From: Pyrinomonadaceae bacterium
GTDB taxonomy: Bacteria > Acidobacteriota > Blastocatellia > Pyrinomonadales > Pyrinomonadaceae
Reading direction: 5' to 3'
DNA length: 64,000 bases
Assembly (NCBI GenBank): GCA_035639235.1
Contig: DASQYL010000229.1
Span: 7 to 64,006 of the forward strand
Under the pieces are notes generated by a model, which was not told where the DNA came from, made no database searches, and saw nothing but the letters and a program-made list of their open reading frames with translations. Below, one piece after another: positions 19,154-29,680 of the stretch (positions are counted from its first letter, which is position 1; every line of letters begins with the position of its first letter). The translations under genes and the position numbers were made by a program.

Positions 19154-20173
19154 GTGCCGGCGCGATTCAAGTGGAGTCTCATCTCTGATGAGCGTTTACT
19201 CGACACTCGCATCTGCGATCTTCCCATTCGCATCAAAGGTTCCTTCATCGAACCTAATATCAAACGACTCTACAGCGAACTGAACGATCGCGGGATTCGT
19301 TATAAGCCGCACGTCTGGCTGTCGGCCGAATGGTTCACGCCCGACGGCGTTCCCGGCTTTGCGATTCCGTTTTATCTGGCGCATCCGCGGCTGATGAAGC
19401 TCGAAAGAAAGTTCATGCGCGAAGTCGAAGGCGGCACTGACGTCGAGTGCATGCGCATCCTGCGTCACGAAGCGGGTCACGCGCTCGACAACGCGTTTCG
19501 TTTGCATTTCAAACGGCAATGGATTCGCACTTTTGGATCGTTCGCGCAGAAGTACCCACCGTCTTACAAACCAAAGCCGAACAGCCGCCGCTATGTTTTG
19601 AATCTCGATGCGTGGTACGCACAGGCGCATCCGGCTGAAGATTTCGCCGAGACCTTCGCCGTCTGGTTGCAGCCGCGCTCGAATTGGCGCCGCCGTTATC
19701 GCGGCTGGCCCGCGTTGCGCAAGCTCGAATACGTCGATGAATTGCTGAACGAAGTCGCCGGCACGCGCCCGCGCAACCACGTGCGGCGCAAAATGGAAAC
19801 GTTGCCGGAAATTAGAATCACTCTGCGCGAGCATTACGATCGCAAGCGCGAGAAATATGCATTCGAATGGCCTGCCTATCTGGACAACGATTTACGCCGG
19901 ATTTTTTCCGGTGATTCGCGCAAACGAGCGCGTGAAACCGCGGCCGCGTTTCTGCGGCGCGTCGGACCTGAGATTCAACAGTTGGTTTCGGAAGGAACAG
20001 GCGTACATGGCTACGCGATCGATCATGTCTTGGAGTTGATGATCGCGCGCGCCGGCCAACTGAAGTTGCGCGTGGCCGGCCGCGAAGAACAACTAAAACG
20101 CCATTTGATGATCATGCTGACCGTACAGACGATGAATGTGGTCCATTCCGGCTATTACCGGATCGCTTTGTGA
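19154..20173 (+). CDS. putative zinc metallopeptidase (HExxH; Peptidase_Mx-like)
   Basis: RILRHEAGHALDNAF contains HExxH. The family is typically adjacent to ATP-grasp genes. Confidence 0.7.
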   Translation: MPARFKWSLISDERLLDTRICDLPIRIKGSFIEPNIKRLYSELNDRGIRYKPHVWLSAEWFTPDGVPGFAIPFYLAHPRLMKLERKFMREVEGGTDVECMRILRHEAGHALDNAFRLHFKRQWIRTFGSFAQKYPPSYKPKPNSRRYVLNLDAWYAQAHPAEDFAETFAVWLQPRSNWRRRYRGWPALRKLEYVDELLNEVAGTRPRNHVRRKMETLPEIRITLREHYDRKREKYAFEWPAYLDNDLRRIFSGDSRKRARETAAAFLRRVGPEIQQLVSEGTGVHGYAIDHVLELMIARAGQLKLRVAGREEQLKRHLMIMLTVQTMNVVHSGYYRIAL

Positions 20174-20179
20174 TTTGGA

Positions 20180-20294
20180 TTCTCCCTCTCTCTTTGGGAA
20201 GAGGGCCGGGTGAGGCGCGAAGCTACGACGGGAAGTAAATTATTAATTTCCTCCGCCCGTAGGCCCTCACCCTAACACTCTCCCAGAGGGAGAA
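20180..20294. repeat. composite hairpin repeat (gggtgagg / cctcaccc family), copy 1
   Basis: Hairpin ccctct...agaggg, then gggtgagg ... cctcaccc, then hairpin tctccc-aga-gggaga. Same architecture and central gc.aagctacg as 49267..49359. Confidence 0.75.
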
Positions 20295-20309
20295 TAAATA
20301 CGCCTGATC

Positions 20310-21395
20310 GTGAAGAACGACGAAACAAAATCCGATCGCAATGCGCAGAAGGTTACCGCTCCCAAAAACGGCGAGGCGTTCAAGAAGCTGCGCGTCATCG
20401 TGCTTTGTCACGAAGACTTGGTGCCGCCTGAAAGCATCGACGGCCTCACACCGAAAGAAGTCGGTCCTTTCAAGACTGAATGGGACGTCATCTCGACGCT
20501 GAAGAAGATCGGTCATGAGGTGAACGCGGTTGGCGTCTACAACAACCTCGGCGTGATCGGCAACGCCTTGCTCGAACACAAACCGCACGTCGCTTTCAAT
20601 CTGCTCGAAGAATTCCATGGCTATCCGCTATACGATCAGCACGTCGTCAGTTATCTGGAATTGATGAAGCAGCCTTACACGGGTTGTAACCCGCGCGGTC
20701 TGACAATCTGTCGCGATAAGGCCCTTTCGAAAATGGTGCTGGCTTATCATCGCATACACGTACCGGCATTCGCGGTCTTTCACATGAATCGCGTGGTGAA
20801 ACGATCGAAGCGATTGAAATTTCCCTTGCTGGTCAAGTCGATCAGCGAGGAAGGCTCAGTCGGCATTGCGCGCGCGTCAATCGTGAACGACGACGAGAAG
20901 TTAGCTGAACGCGTTGAGTTCATTCACCGGCAAACCAAGACGCACGCCATCGCCGAGCAATACATTGCCGGCCGCGAGATTTACGTCAGCGTGATTGGCA
21001 ATCAGCGCCTGCAAACGTACACGCCCTGGGAGTTGGTCATCGAAAAACTTCCCGAAGGCGCGCCGAACATCGCTACGTCGAAATTGAAATGGGATCCGGC
21101 TTATCAGGAGAAGGTCGGCGTCGTTACGAAGGCAGCCGAATTAGATCAGAAGATGATTGACAAGATCGAACGGCTCTCGAAAAAGATTTACCGCACCCTG
21201 TTTCTCAGCGGCTATGCGCGTCTGGATTATCGCGTTACCGACGATGGCCAGATTTATCTGCTCGAAGCCAACCCCAATCCGCAGATTGCCAACCAGGAAG
21301 ACTTCGCTGATTCAGCCATGCATTGCGGCGTCGACTACGAGTCGCTGCTGCAAAAGATCATCGGGTTGGGTTTAAGATATCGAACTGGCGCGTAG
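20310..21395 (+). CDS. ATP-grasp enzyme of the D-alanine--D-alanine ligase family
   Basis: Ddl-like layout: N-terminal Rossmann-like part, then CRDKALSK, LLVKS..EGSSVGI-like and LLEANPNP ATP-grasp motifs. Confidence 0.8.
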   Translation: MKNDETKSDRNAQKVTAPKNGEAFKKLRVIVLCHEDLVPPESIDGLTPKEVGPFKTEWDVISTLKKIGHEVNAVGVYNNLGVIGNALLEHKPHVAFNLLEEFHGYPLYDQHVVSYLELMKQPYTGCNPRGLTICRDKALSKMVLAYHRIHVPAFAVFHMNRVVKRSKRLKFPLLVKSISEEGSVGIARASIVNDDEKLAERVEFIHRQTKTHAIAEQYIAGREIYVSVIGNQRLQTYTPWELVIEKLPEGAPNIATSKLKWDPAYQEKVGVVTKAAELDQKMIDKIERLSKKIYRTLFLSGYARLDYRVTDDGQIYLLEANPNPQIANQEDFADSAMHCGVDYESLLQKIIGLGLRYRTGA

Positions 21396-21413
21396 TTGCT
21401 TAAGGCTATCATT

Positions 21414-21555
21414 GCCGCGTAGCGGCGAAATATTTATAGCAAGCATGTTCCCTTATGATTTCTCGGAGAGCGAATCCCGACGCTTCGGGATTCGCTCACT
21501 CCGAAAGACTAACGGATGGATTCGCGTGCTATAAACATCAAGTGCCTACGGCACT
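21414..21555. repeat. MITE-like element, family copy 1 (terminal hairpins plus gaaatatttatag / ctataaacat inverted termini)
   Basis: Left hairpin gccg-cgtag-cggc followed by gaaatatttatagca. Internal perfect 13-bp hairpin at 21468..21497. Right end tgctataaacatca followed by hairpin agtgcc-tac-ggcact. Confidence 0.7.
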
Positions 21556-21625
21556 TTTCGGATTGCTGTAATATCGATGGTCTCAACTAATCATTTGAGA
21601 CAAAGCGCGAAAACGCCACAACCCG

Positions 21626-22138
21626 ATGGACTCGCCCAACACATCTGATGCAACTTCGTCGTCAAGGCCGCTGGACGCTGACATGTGGCATCGCAGTAAG
21701 TATGCCATCAGCACCGATCCCTCCCGGCTCGATCTCGATCTGATTCACAATTATTTGTGCAACGAATCGTATTGGGCGAGCGGCCGTTCACGCGAAGTCG
21801 TCGCGCGCTCGATTGAGAATTCGCTTCCGTTCGGCATCTATTGCGGCGATGAACAAGTCGGATTTGCGCGGGTGGTCACCGACTACGCAACGTTTGCCTG
21901 GGTCGCTGACGTATTCGTGCTGCCGGAACATCGTGGCCGCGGTTTGTCGAAGTGGCTGATGGAAATCATCATCGCGCATCCGCGCTTGCAGGGATTTCGT
22001 CGTTGGGTTTTATCGACGAAGGATGCGCACGGATTGTACGAACGATTTGGATTTATCAAACTGCATCGTCCCGAACGTTGGATGGAACGGCCCGACCCGA
22101 ATATAAAAGAGAGTCCTGATTATTGGAAGAAAGATTGA
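21626..22138 (+). CDS. GNAT family N-acetyltransferase
   Basis: The acetyl-CoA binding motif region VLPEHRGRGLSKWLM (R/Q-x-x-G-x-G/A). Confidence 0.8.
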   Translation: MDSPNTSDATSSSRPLDADMWHRSKYAISTDPSRLDLDLIHNYLCNESYWASGRSREVVARSIENSLPFGIYCGDEQVGFARVVTDYATFAWVADVFVLPEHRGRGLSKWLMEIIIAHPRLQGFRRWVLSTKDAHGLYERFGFIKLHRPERWMERPDPNIKESPDYWKKD

Positions 22139-22198
22139 TTCATTGATTCATTGATTGATTGACTCAGTCAATGACTCAATGAGCCAATGACTCAATGC
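22136..22198. repeat. imperfect palindrome built from cattgatt / aatgactca oligomers
   Basis: ttgattcattgattcattgattgattgactcagtcaatgactcaatgagccaatgactcaatg, centred near 22165 and ending at the gpmI start. Confidence 0.7.
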
Positions 22199-23739
22199 CA
22201 CATAAAACTCCGCTTACGCTGATCATCCTTGACGGCTTTGGCTACGCGTCGGAACGCGAAGGCAACGCCATCGCGCAGGCGAAAATGCCTTTCTACGACG
22301 AAGTACGAACCAAATATCCGCGCACACTGCTTGAAGCGTCCGGCGAATGCGTTGGTTTACCGAAAGGCATCATGGGCAATTCCAACGTGGGCCACCTTTG
22401 TCTGGGCGCGGGCCGCATCGTGCGCACAGACATTGAGCGGATCAATCACGCGCTTGAATCAGGCCAGTTCTTTCACAATCACGCGCTGAATGCCGCAGTC
22501 GATAACGCCGTCAAACACGATCGCGCGCTGCACATCATGGGGCTCGTGTCGGACGGGATGGTCCATTCTTCACAGGACCATGCCTATGCGTTGCTGCGTC
22601 TGGCGAAGGACAACGAAGTGAAGCGTGTCTTCGTGCATTGCTTTCTCGACGGCCGCGACACGCCGCCGGCTTCGGCAACGAAGTACATGGCAGCGATGCA
22701 GCAGCAATGCCGCGAAATTGGCATCGGCGAAATTGCCAGCATCGTCGGCCGTTACTTCGCAATGGATCGCGACAAGCGTTGGGACAGAATTGAGCGCGCC
22801 TACAAGCTTTTGGTAAACGGTGAGGGCGAAAGGACCGATGACCCGGTTGCCGCGATCAAAAAATCATACGAGCGTAATGTCACTGATGAATTCGTCGAAC
22901 CAATTGTCTGCGTGCGCGACGACGGCACGCCCGTCGGGACGATCGAAAATGGCGACTCGGTGATCTTTTTCAACTTTCGCGCAGATCGCGCGCGGCAGAT
23001 CACCAGTGCGATCGCAGTGCCGGGCTTCGACGAGTTTCCAATTCCAAATCGTCCGCACACGCACTTCGTCTGCTTCGCGGTTTACGACAAGACTTATCCG
23101 TTGCCGGTCGCGTTTCCTCCTGAGAAGCCGCGGAATATTCTGGCTGAAATCTTCGCGGTGAAGACAATTGAAAACTATCGCATGGCCGAAACCGAGAAGT
23201 ACGCGCACGTCACCTATTTTTTTAACGGCGGCACCGAGCGCGAATTCCCGCACGAGAAGCGTCTGCTCATACCTTCACCGAAGGTTGCAACTTACGATCT
23301 CGCACCCGAAATGTCAGCGTTCAAAATCACCGATAAGTTGCTGCGCGCGATCGAAGGCCGCGAAGCCGACGTCTTTATCGTTAACTTTGCGAATCCGGAC
23401 ATGGTCGGGCACACGGGGAAGCTCGATAAGACAATTGAAGCCGTGCAATACGTCGACACGTGTCTCGGCTGGATTACGAAAGCGATGCGAAGTGCCAAAG
23501 GAACGACTTTGATAACCGCGGATCACGGCAATTGTGAATTGATGATCGATCCGAAGACCGGCCAGCCACACACCGCGCACACAACCAATCCCGTGCCGTT
23601 TCATCTTATCGACGAAGATTCAATCGGAGTGAAGTTGCGCGAAGGCGGAGCGTTGGAGGATGTCGCCCCGACGGTGCTGGGATTGCTGGGGATTAAGAAG
23701 CCGGAAGAGATGACGGGAAGAGATTTGCGGGAACTCTGA
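22195..23739 (+). CDS. gpmI: 2,3-bisphosphoglycerate-independent phosphoglycerate mutase
   Basis: LIILDGFG, GNSNVGH, SDGMVHS, DGRDTPP and ITADHGNCE are hallmark iPGM motifs. 514 aa. Confidence 0.95.
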   Translation: MPHKTPLTLIILDGFGYASEREGNAIAQAKMPFYDEVRTKYPRTLLEASGECVGLPKGIMGNSNVGHLCLGAGRIVRTDIERINHALESGQFFHNHALNAAVDNAVKHDRALHIMGLVSDGMVHSSQDHAYALLRLAKDNEVKRVFVHCFLDGRDTPPASATKYMAAMQQQCREIGIGEIASIVGRYFAMDRDKRWDRIERAYKLLVNGEGERTDDPVAAIKKSYERNVTDEFVEPIVCVRDDGTPVGTIENGDSVIFFNFRADRARQITSAIAVPGFDEFPIPNRPHTHFVCFAVYDKTYPLPVAFPPEKPRNILAEIFAVKTIENYRMAETEKYAHVTYFFNGGTEREFPHEKRLLIPSPKVATYDLAPEMSAFKITDKLLRAIEGREADVFIVNFANPDMVGHTGKLDKTIEAVQYVDTCLGWITKAMRSAKGTTLITADHGNCELMIDPKTGQPHTAHTTNPVPFHLIDEDSIGVKLREGGALEDVAPTVLGLLGIKKPEEMTGRDLREL

Positions 23740-23767
23740 GTTCCCCCTTTTGGGAGGGCGAAAGATC

Positions 23768-24883
23768 ATGGCGGCCACCGCTGAGACAATCGATCAATCA
23801 CGTTCGCGAGCGATTTCGCTCCGTTGGATCATCAACGCGCGCGAAGATCTCATCTGGTTCATTGGTTCGGTCGCATCCAGCTACCTGCTGCTGATGCTTT
23901 ATGTCACCGGAATACTGCCGCTCATTCCGATGGTTGCCGGCTGGGCCATCCTCATTGACGCGCCGCACGTCTTCGGAACTTTTTCACGCACCTACTTCGA
24001 CAAATCGGAATGGAAAACGCGCAAGCGGCTGATGCTGGGGTCGCTGCTGTTCTTCGTGGTTGGCCCAACCATGGTCCTGCTCGGCGCCGGTCTTTCGTTC
24101 TTCTTCGTCGCCGCGCTTTGGGCCTATTACCATCTCGTGAAACAGCACTACGGGTTCATGGTGCTCTATAAAAAGAAGAACAACGATCTCGCGCCGATTG
24201 ACAACGCGCTCGATCGTCTGCTTCTGATGTTCGCGTTCAATTGTCCTTTCGTAGCGTTCATCGCTAACGATACCGCGGCGATGGCCCGCGTGCCGATTGT
24301 CTTGCGTGGCGGCGTCAAGGCGGTCGCGCTGATTCTCCTGATCGGAACCATCGTCCTGGGCATTGGCTGGCTCATTCGACAAGTGCAGCGAATGATCTTG
24401 CGCCAGCCGCTCAACATTCCGAAATATCTTCTGTTGGCTGCCGCGATTCCGATGCATTGGATCGCTTTGTTAACGCCGATGCCCGCAAAACCGATTGCGC
24501 TGGTCGCGATTCTGACGATCTATCACAACCTCCAGTATCACCGGCTGATTTGGTTTCACAATCAAAAATATGGCGCGCAGGATGCGCGCGCACCGCAGGC
24601 AGGGATGCCTGCGCTCCGTTACGGCCCGGCAGCTTTCATTTCTCGCCGGCTGATCTATTACCTGGCGTTTGGGATCCTCTTCGGCGTCATCTACCAGGGA
24701 CCACGTCAATATCTCGGCTATCTGAATCTGCACACTGGCGATTCACCCGCCGCCTTAACCCGGTCCGTTCAACTCGGCATCGCTTTTCTCTGGGGCTATG
24801 CCTTCATTCATTATTACCTCGATTCAAAAATCTGGCGCGTGCGTCGCGATCCGGCGGCGGGAGCGGCTCTGAAGATGTCCTAG
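23768..24883 (+). CDS. hypothetical polytopic membrane protein with His-containing motifs
   Basis: GGGAGGG RBS before ATG 23768. Eight or more hydrophobic segments. YYHLVKQHYG and YHNLQYHRLIWFHN motifs. Family not recognised. Confidence 0.6.
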   Translation: MAATAETIDQSRSRAISLRWIINAREDLIWFIGSVASSYLLLMLYVTGILPLIPMVAGWAILIDAPHVFGTFSRTYFDKSEWKTRKRLMLGSLLFFVVGPTMVLLGAGLSFFFVAALWAYYHLVKQHYGFMVLYKKKNNDLAPIDNALDRLLLMFAFNCPFVAFIANDTAAMARVPIVLRGGVKAVALILLIGTIVLGIGWLIRQVQRMILRQPLNIPKYLLLAAAIPMHWIALLTPMPAKPIALVAILTIYHNLQYHRLIWFHNQKYGAQDARAPQAGMPALRYGPAAFISRRLIYYLAFGILFGVIYQGPRQYLGYLNLHTGDSPAALTRSVQLGIAFLWGYAFIHYYLDSKIWRVRRDPAAGAALKMS

Positions 24884-24951
24884 TGGCGAGCGTTTGGTTG
24901 CGCGCCATCATTAACGGTTCTAGAATTCAAATCGCATTGACAACCAAATAA

Positions 24952-25127
24952 GTTTCGGGGGAGCCAAAGTCGACAGCGACCGAGGCTGAGAGTCGGCACA
25001 TTTTCGAATGCCGATTTCCAATTGTCGACTTTTCGCGAGCATTTCAATCGGCAATCGGCAATCACAAAATCGGCAATGTCCGTGACCCCTTGAACCTGAT
25101 ACGGTTAAGACCGTCGAAGGGAGAAAC
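24952..25127 (+). promoter_or_regulatory. TPP (THI-box) riboswitch aptamer, carrying a 93-nt insertion
   Basis: P1 is GTTTC (24952..24956) / GAAAC (25123..25127). Core reads GGGGAGCC..(P3 gtcg-acag-cgac)..GGCTGAGAG, then after the insertion ACCCcttGAACCTGATacGGtTAAgaCCgtcGaAGGGAG. It lies upstream of thiC. Confidence 0.85.
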
Positions 25128-25176
25128 AGCCATCGCCGGGGTCCCCAGCGGGGCAGCCCCGCTGGGGTGGCCATGA

Positions 25177-25211
25177 CCGTTCCGTCCTTTGATGGAGCGG
25201 TTTTGTTTTTT
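25177..25211 (+). terminator. intrinsic terminator, likely the riboswitch expression platform
   Basis: 10-bp stem ccgttccgtc / gatggagcgg (2 G-U pairs), loop cttt, followed by ttttgtttttt. Confidence 0.7.
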
Positions 25212-25337
25212 GGAGTGTAGCGATGTAGTTGTTTGGAAGACCCGCGCGCCGAGCCGCGGAGCGGCGGCGGAATTTAGCCCCGGGTGAGCGAGCGAAGCGA
25301 GCGTAACCCGGGGAACCTGAGGTTATATTTTTCCTGA

Positions 25338-27395
<2,058 letters not shown>

Positions 27396-27396
27396 A

Positions 27397-28938
27397 ATGA
27401 TTTTTCGCGAACAATTCGAGAATCTCCGTCTCGGGCCTCTACGAGGTTTGAAACGATGCGATCTGTTGAAGCTCGGTCGAATCAACGTCCTATGCGGAAA
27501 GAACAACACCGGTAAATCGACGCTGCTAGAAGCGGCGTCCAATAAAGCAACGCGAGCTAACGGCCTAACGCCAAGCGATGATTTCGTTGCAGATCTAGTA
27601 AAAGCAAATAACGACCATTTGGATAGACAACACGGGCATTTTGCGCGTGGCCGTCATCTTCGACACTTACTGCCTGACTTATTTCGCGAAGTTATACAAG
27701 CTCGCATGGCTTGGTTCGCGGGGGAAGAGAAAGAATTAGTCGAACTAATAAACAAAAAAGTGGCGGGTCCCAATCACGCCGAACTCCGACAAGCTATTCA
27801 TTCCACAGCCATAGTTCAGGATCTTGAATCCAGTTTCACGTACCCGACCGTCGAAGCTATCTACATTCCTCCAATTCGTAGGATTGAGGTCTCAGGAAAG
27901 ATCGCTACGGCTGAAGAACCTCAGCCAGAGGGTAAAGGGGTCGTGAATCGTCTATTCCATCTACGCAACCAGCCTCCCGGTAGCGATGGATTGAAGCTGG
28001 CTGCGTCCATCGACAATTCTTTTAAAGAGATTACAGATGGCTTTAGGTTTGGAGTCTTCAGCGAAAAAGAGAATAATTATGCGCTCAAGTTTTCCACGGA
28101 TGAAAAGACTTGGATTCCAGCCGAACACTGCGGCAAAGGGCTGCAAGATCTACTTGTGATTCTCTATTTTGCTCTTTCGAAGACCCGCGGCCTTTTGCTA
28201 ATCGAAGAACCCGAAGTTCATTTGCACCCGGAAATGCAACGCCGTCTTCTGGCGCATCTTAGATCGAATACGGAATCGCAGTACATTTTCTCAACGCACT
28301 CAAATGTCTTCTTGGATGGGGCTTTGACGGACCGCGTGTTTCTGACGAGATTTGACGCAGAGGTTCTCGTGAGCGATGCAACGTCCAAGACGACGTTCTT
28401 GCACGATCTTGGGTATTCTCCAGTCGATAACCTTGTTTCAGATCTCATTATTCTCGTTGAAGGACCATCCGATGTTCCGGTGATCGAAGAGTTCTTAAAG
28501 AAGCGGGGTCTTTATGAGACGTACAGCATAAAGTTGTGGCCCCTTGGCGGCGATATAATGGCAAAAGCTGAAATCGACCTGACCGTTTTTGCACAGTCCC
28601 ATCATGTTTTGGCTCTAGTCGATGGCGATCCTGGAAGTGGCAAAGTGCGCAAGAGATTTCAAACGAAATGTTCTGACCTAAACATTGAATGCGCACGCCT
28701 AAAACGCTACTCGATTGAAAACTACTTCTCGCTTCGCGCGCTGCGCCAGGTTTTTGGTTCTCAAATTCCAGATGCGATTACGGAGATTCTTGGAAATGAA
28801 AAGCTTGAGAGTCAGATCGGTATCAACGTGAAGTCCAACAACCGTTCTATAGCGCGAGAAATGAACTTGGAAGAAATCGCAGGCACAGACTTGGGTAAGT
28901 TTTTCGACCGAGTCGAACAAGTGCTGCGAGGTGTTTGA
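27397..28938 (+). CDS. OLD-family / PARIS-like nuclease: ABC-type ATPase fused to a TOPRIM domain
   Basis: Walker A GKNNTGKST. Walker B LLLIEEPEVHLHP. H-loop FSTHS. TOPRIM E (LIILVEGPSD) and DxD (LVDGDPG). RYSIENYF. ATG lies 1 nt after the thiC TAA. 60-nt samples give 43-47% GC against 57% in thiC. Confidence 0.8.
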   Translation: MIFREQFENLRLGPLRGLKRCDLLKLGRINVLCGKNNTGKSTLLEAASNKATRANGLTPSDDFVADLVKANNDHLDRQHGHFARGRHLRHLLPDLFREVIQARMAWFAGEEKELVELINKKVAGPNHAELRQAIHSTAIVQDLESSFTYPTVEAIYIPPIRRIEVSGKIATAEEPQPEGKGVVNRLFHLRNQPPGSDGLKLAASIDNSFKEITDGFRFGVFSEKENNYALKFSTDEKTWIPAEHCGKGLQDLLVILYFALSKTRGLLLIEEPEVHLHPEMQRRLLAHLRSNTESQYIFSTHSNVFLDGALTDRVFLTRFDAEVLVSDATSKTTFLHDLGYSPVDNLVSDLIILVEGPSDVPVIEEFLKKRGLYETYSIKLWPLGGDIMAKAEIDLTVFAQSHHVLALVDGDPGSGKVRKRFQTKCSDLNIECARLKRYSIENYFSLRALRQVFGSQIPDAITEILGNEKLESQIGINVKSNNRSIAREMNLEEIAGTDLGKFFDRVEQVLRGV

Positions 28939-28990
28939 GTTCATCTGAAGGACAGAATGTAAGCAAGGCAATCCGTGAAACGGACGGATG

Positions 28991-29086
28991 AATCTGTCGC
29001 CCGCTAAAGCGGGCTTTTGATTTGTGGTGGGCTTGGTTTCCCAGCACTGAAGTGCTGGGCTATTTTCAAGCGTCCGCTACGCGGAC
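28991..29086 (+). repeat. ~96-nt three-hairpin direct repeat, copy A
   Basis: aatctgtcgcccgctaaagcgggc..cccagcactgaagtgctggg..gtccgctacgcggac. The first hairpin plus tttt may also terminate the OLD gene. Copy B is at 30691..30786. Confidence 0.85.
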
Positions 29087-29131
29087 GAAATCAGCTTGTC
29101 AGGGGACATCGGCCGAGCGTAATTTTTCCCC

Positions 29132-29443
29132 ATGGCCACATCCCAAGAGATTTTCCGCGAAGCAATGGCGCTCTCGCCTGAGGTTCGCGCTGAATTGGCC
29201 GAGCGATTGATTGGCAGCCTTGTCGAAGACATTTCGCCAGAGATCGCGGCAGCACAACTGACCGAAGTGAAGCGACGGATCGCCGAAACTTAATCCGGCG
29301 AGGTTGAATTGATCGCGGGTGATGAAGTACTCGCGGACGTTCGACGCCGGCTCGATGTGCGATTGGCTGACATGGAAGCGCATCCTCACGATCAGTCTCC
29401 ATGGCCGGAAGTTAAGGCTCGCCTTGAACGGATGACTCCCTGA
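29132..29443 (+). pseudogene. addiction-module antitoxin-like gene (Unstab_antitox-type) interrupted by an in-frame TAA at 29291..29293
   Basis: MATSQEIFREAMALSPEVRAELAERLIGSLVED...EVKRRIAET, then a stop, then SGEVELIAGDEVLADVRRRL in the same frame. No toxin gene follows. Confidence 0.6.
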
Positions 29444-29680
29444 ATCAAACAGATTCGTTGCCCAGCGAACGTTTTTGGAGTGCGCCGGCTTGACGACGCT
29501 TTTTCATTTCTGCGAGCCAATAATTCGAAGCTCTGAAGGCGCGAGATAAATCGCGATATGCCAATCATGCGTTTTCGTTTCCCACGACTGAAGGGGTGGG
29601 GGTATTATCTCCGCCTGTCGGATAGGCTATCTTTGCGTGTCAACCGGAGCCTTATCAACATCATTCTGGAAGGAGCTGAA

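Noticed and set aside
25136-25170. The GC hairpin ccccagcgggg/ccccgctgggg could be the riboswitch terminator.
   Set aside because: It is not followed by a U-tract and belongs to a dispersed repeat family. The hairpin at 25177..25200, with ttttgtttttt, is the credible terminator.
29291-29293. The in-frame TAA (29291), TAG (39625) and the higA shift could be programmed recoding: Sec/Pyl, read-through or frameshifting.
   Set aside because: The stops are not UGA with a SECIS-like hairpin, there is no pyl machinery or slippery heptamer, and all three lie in TA genes, which commonly decay. Pseudogenisation or sequencing error is more parsimonious.
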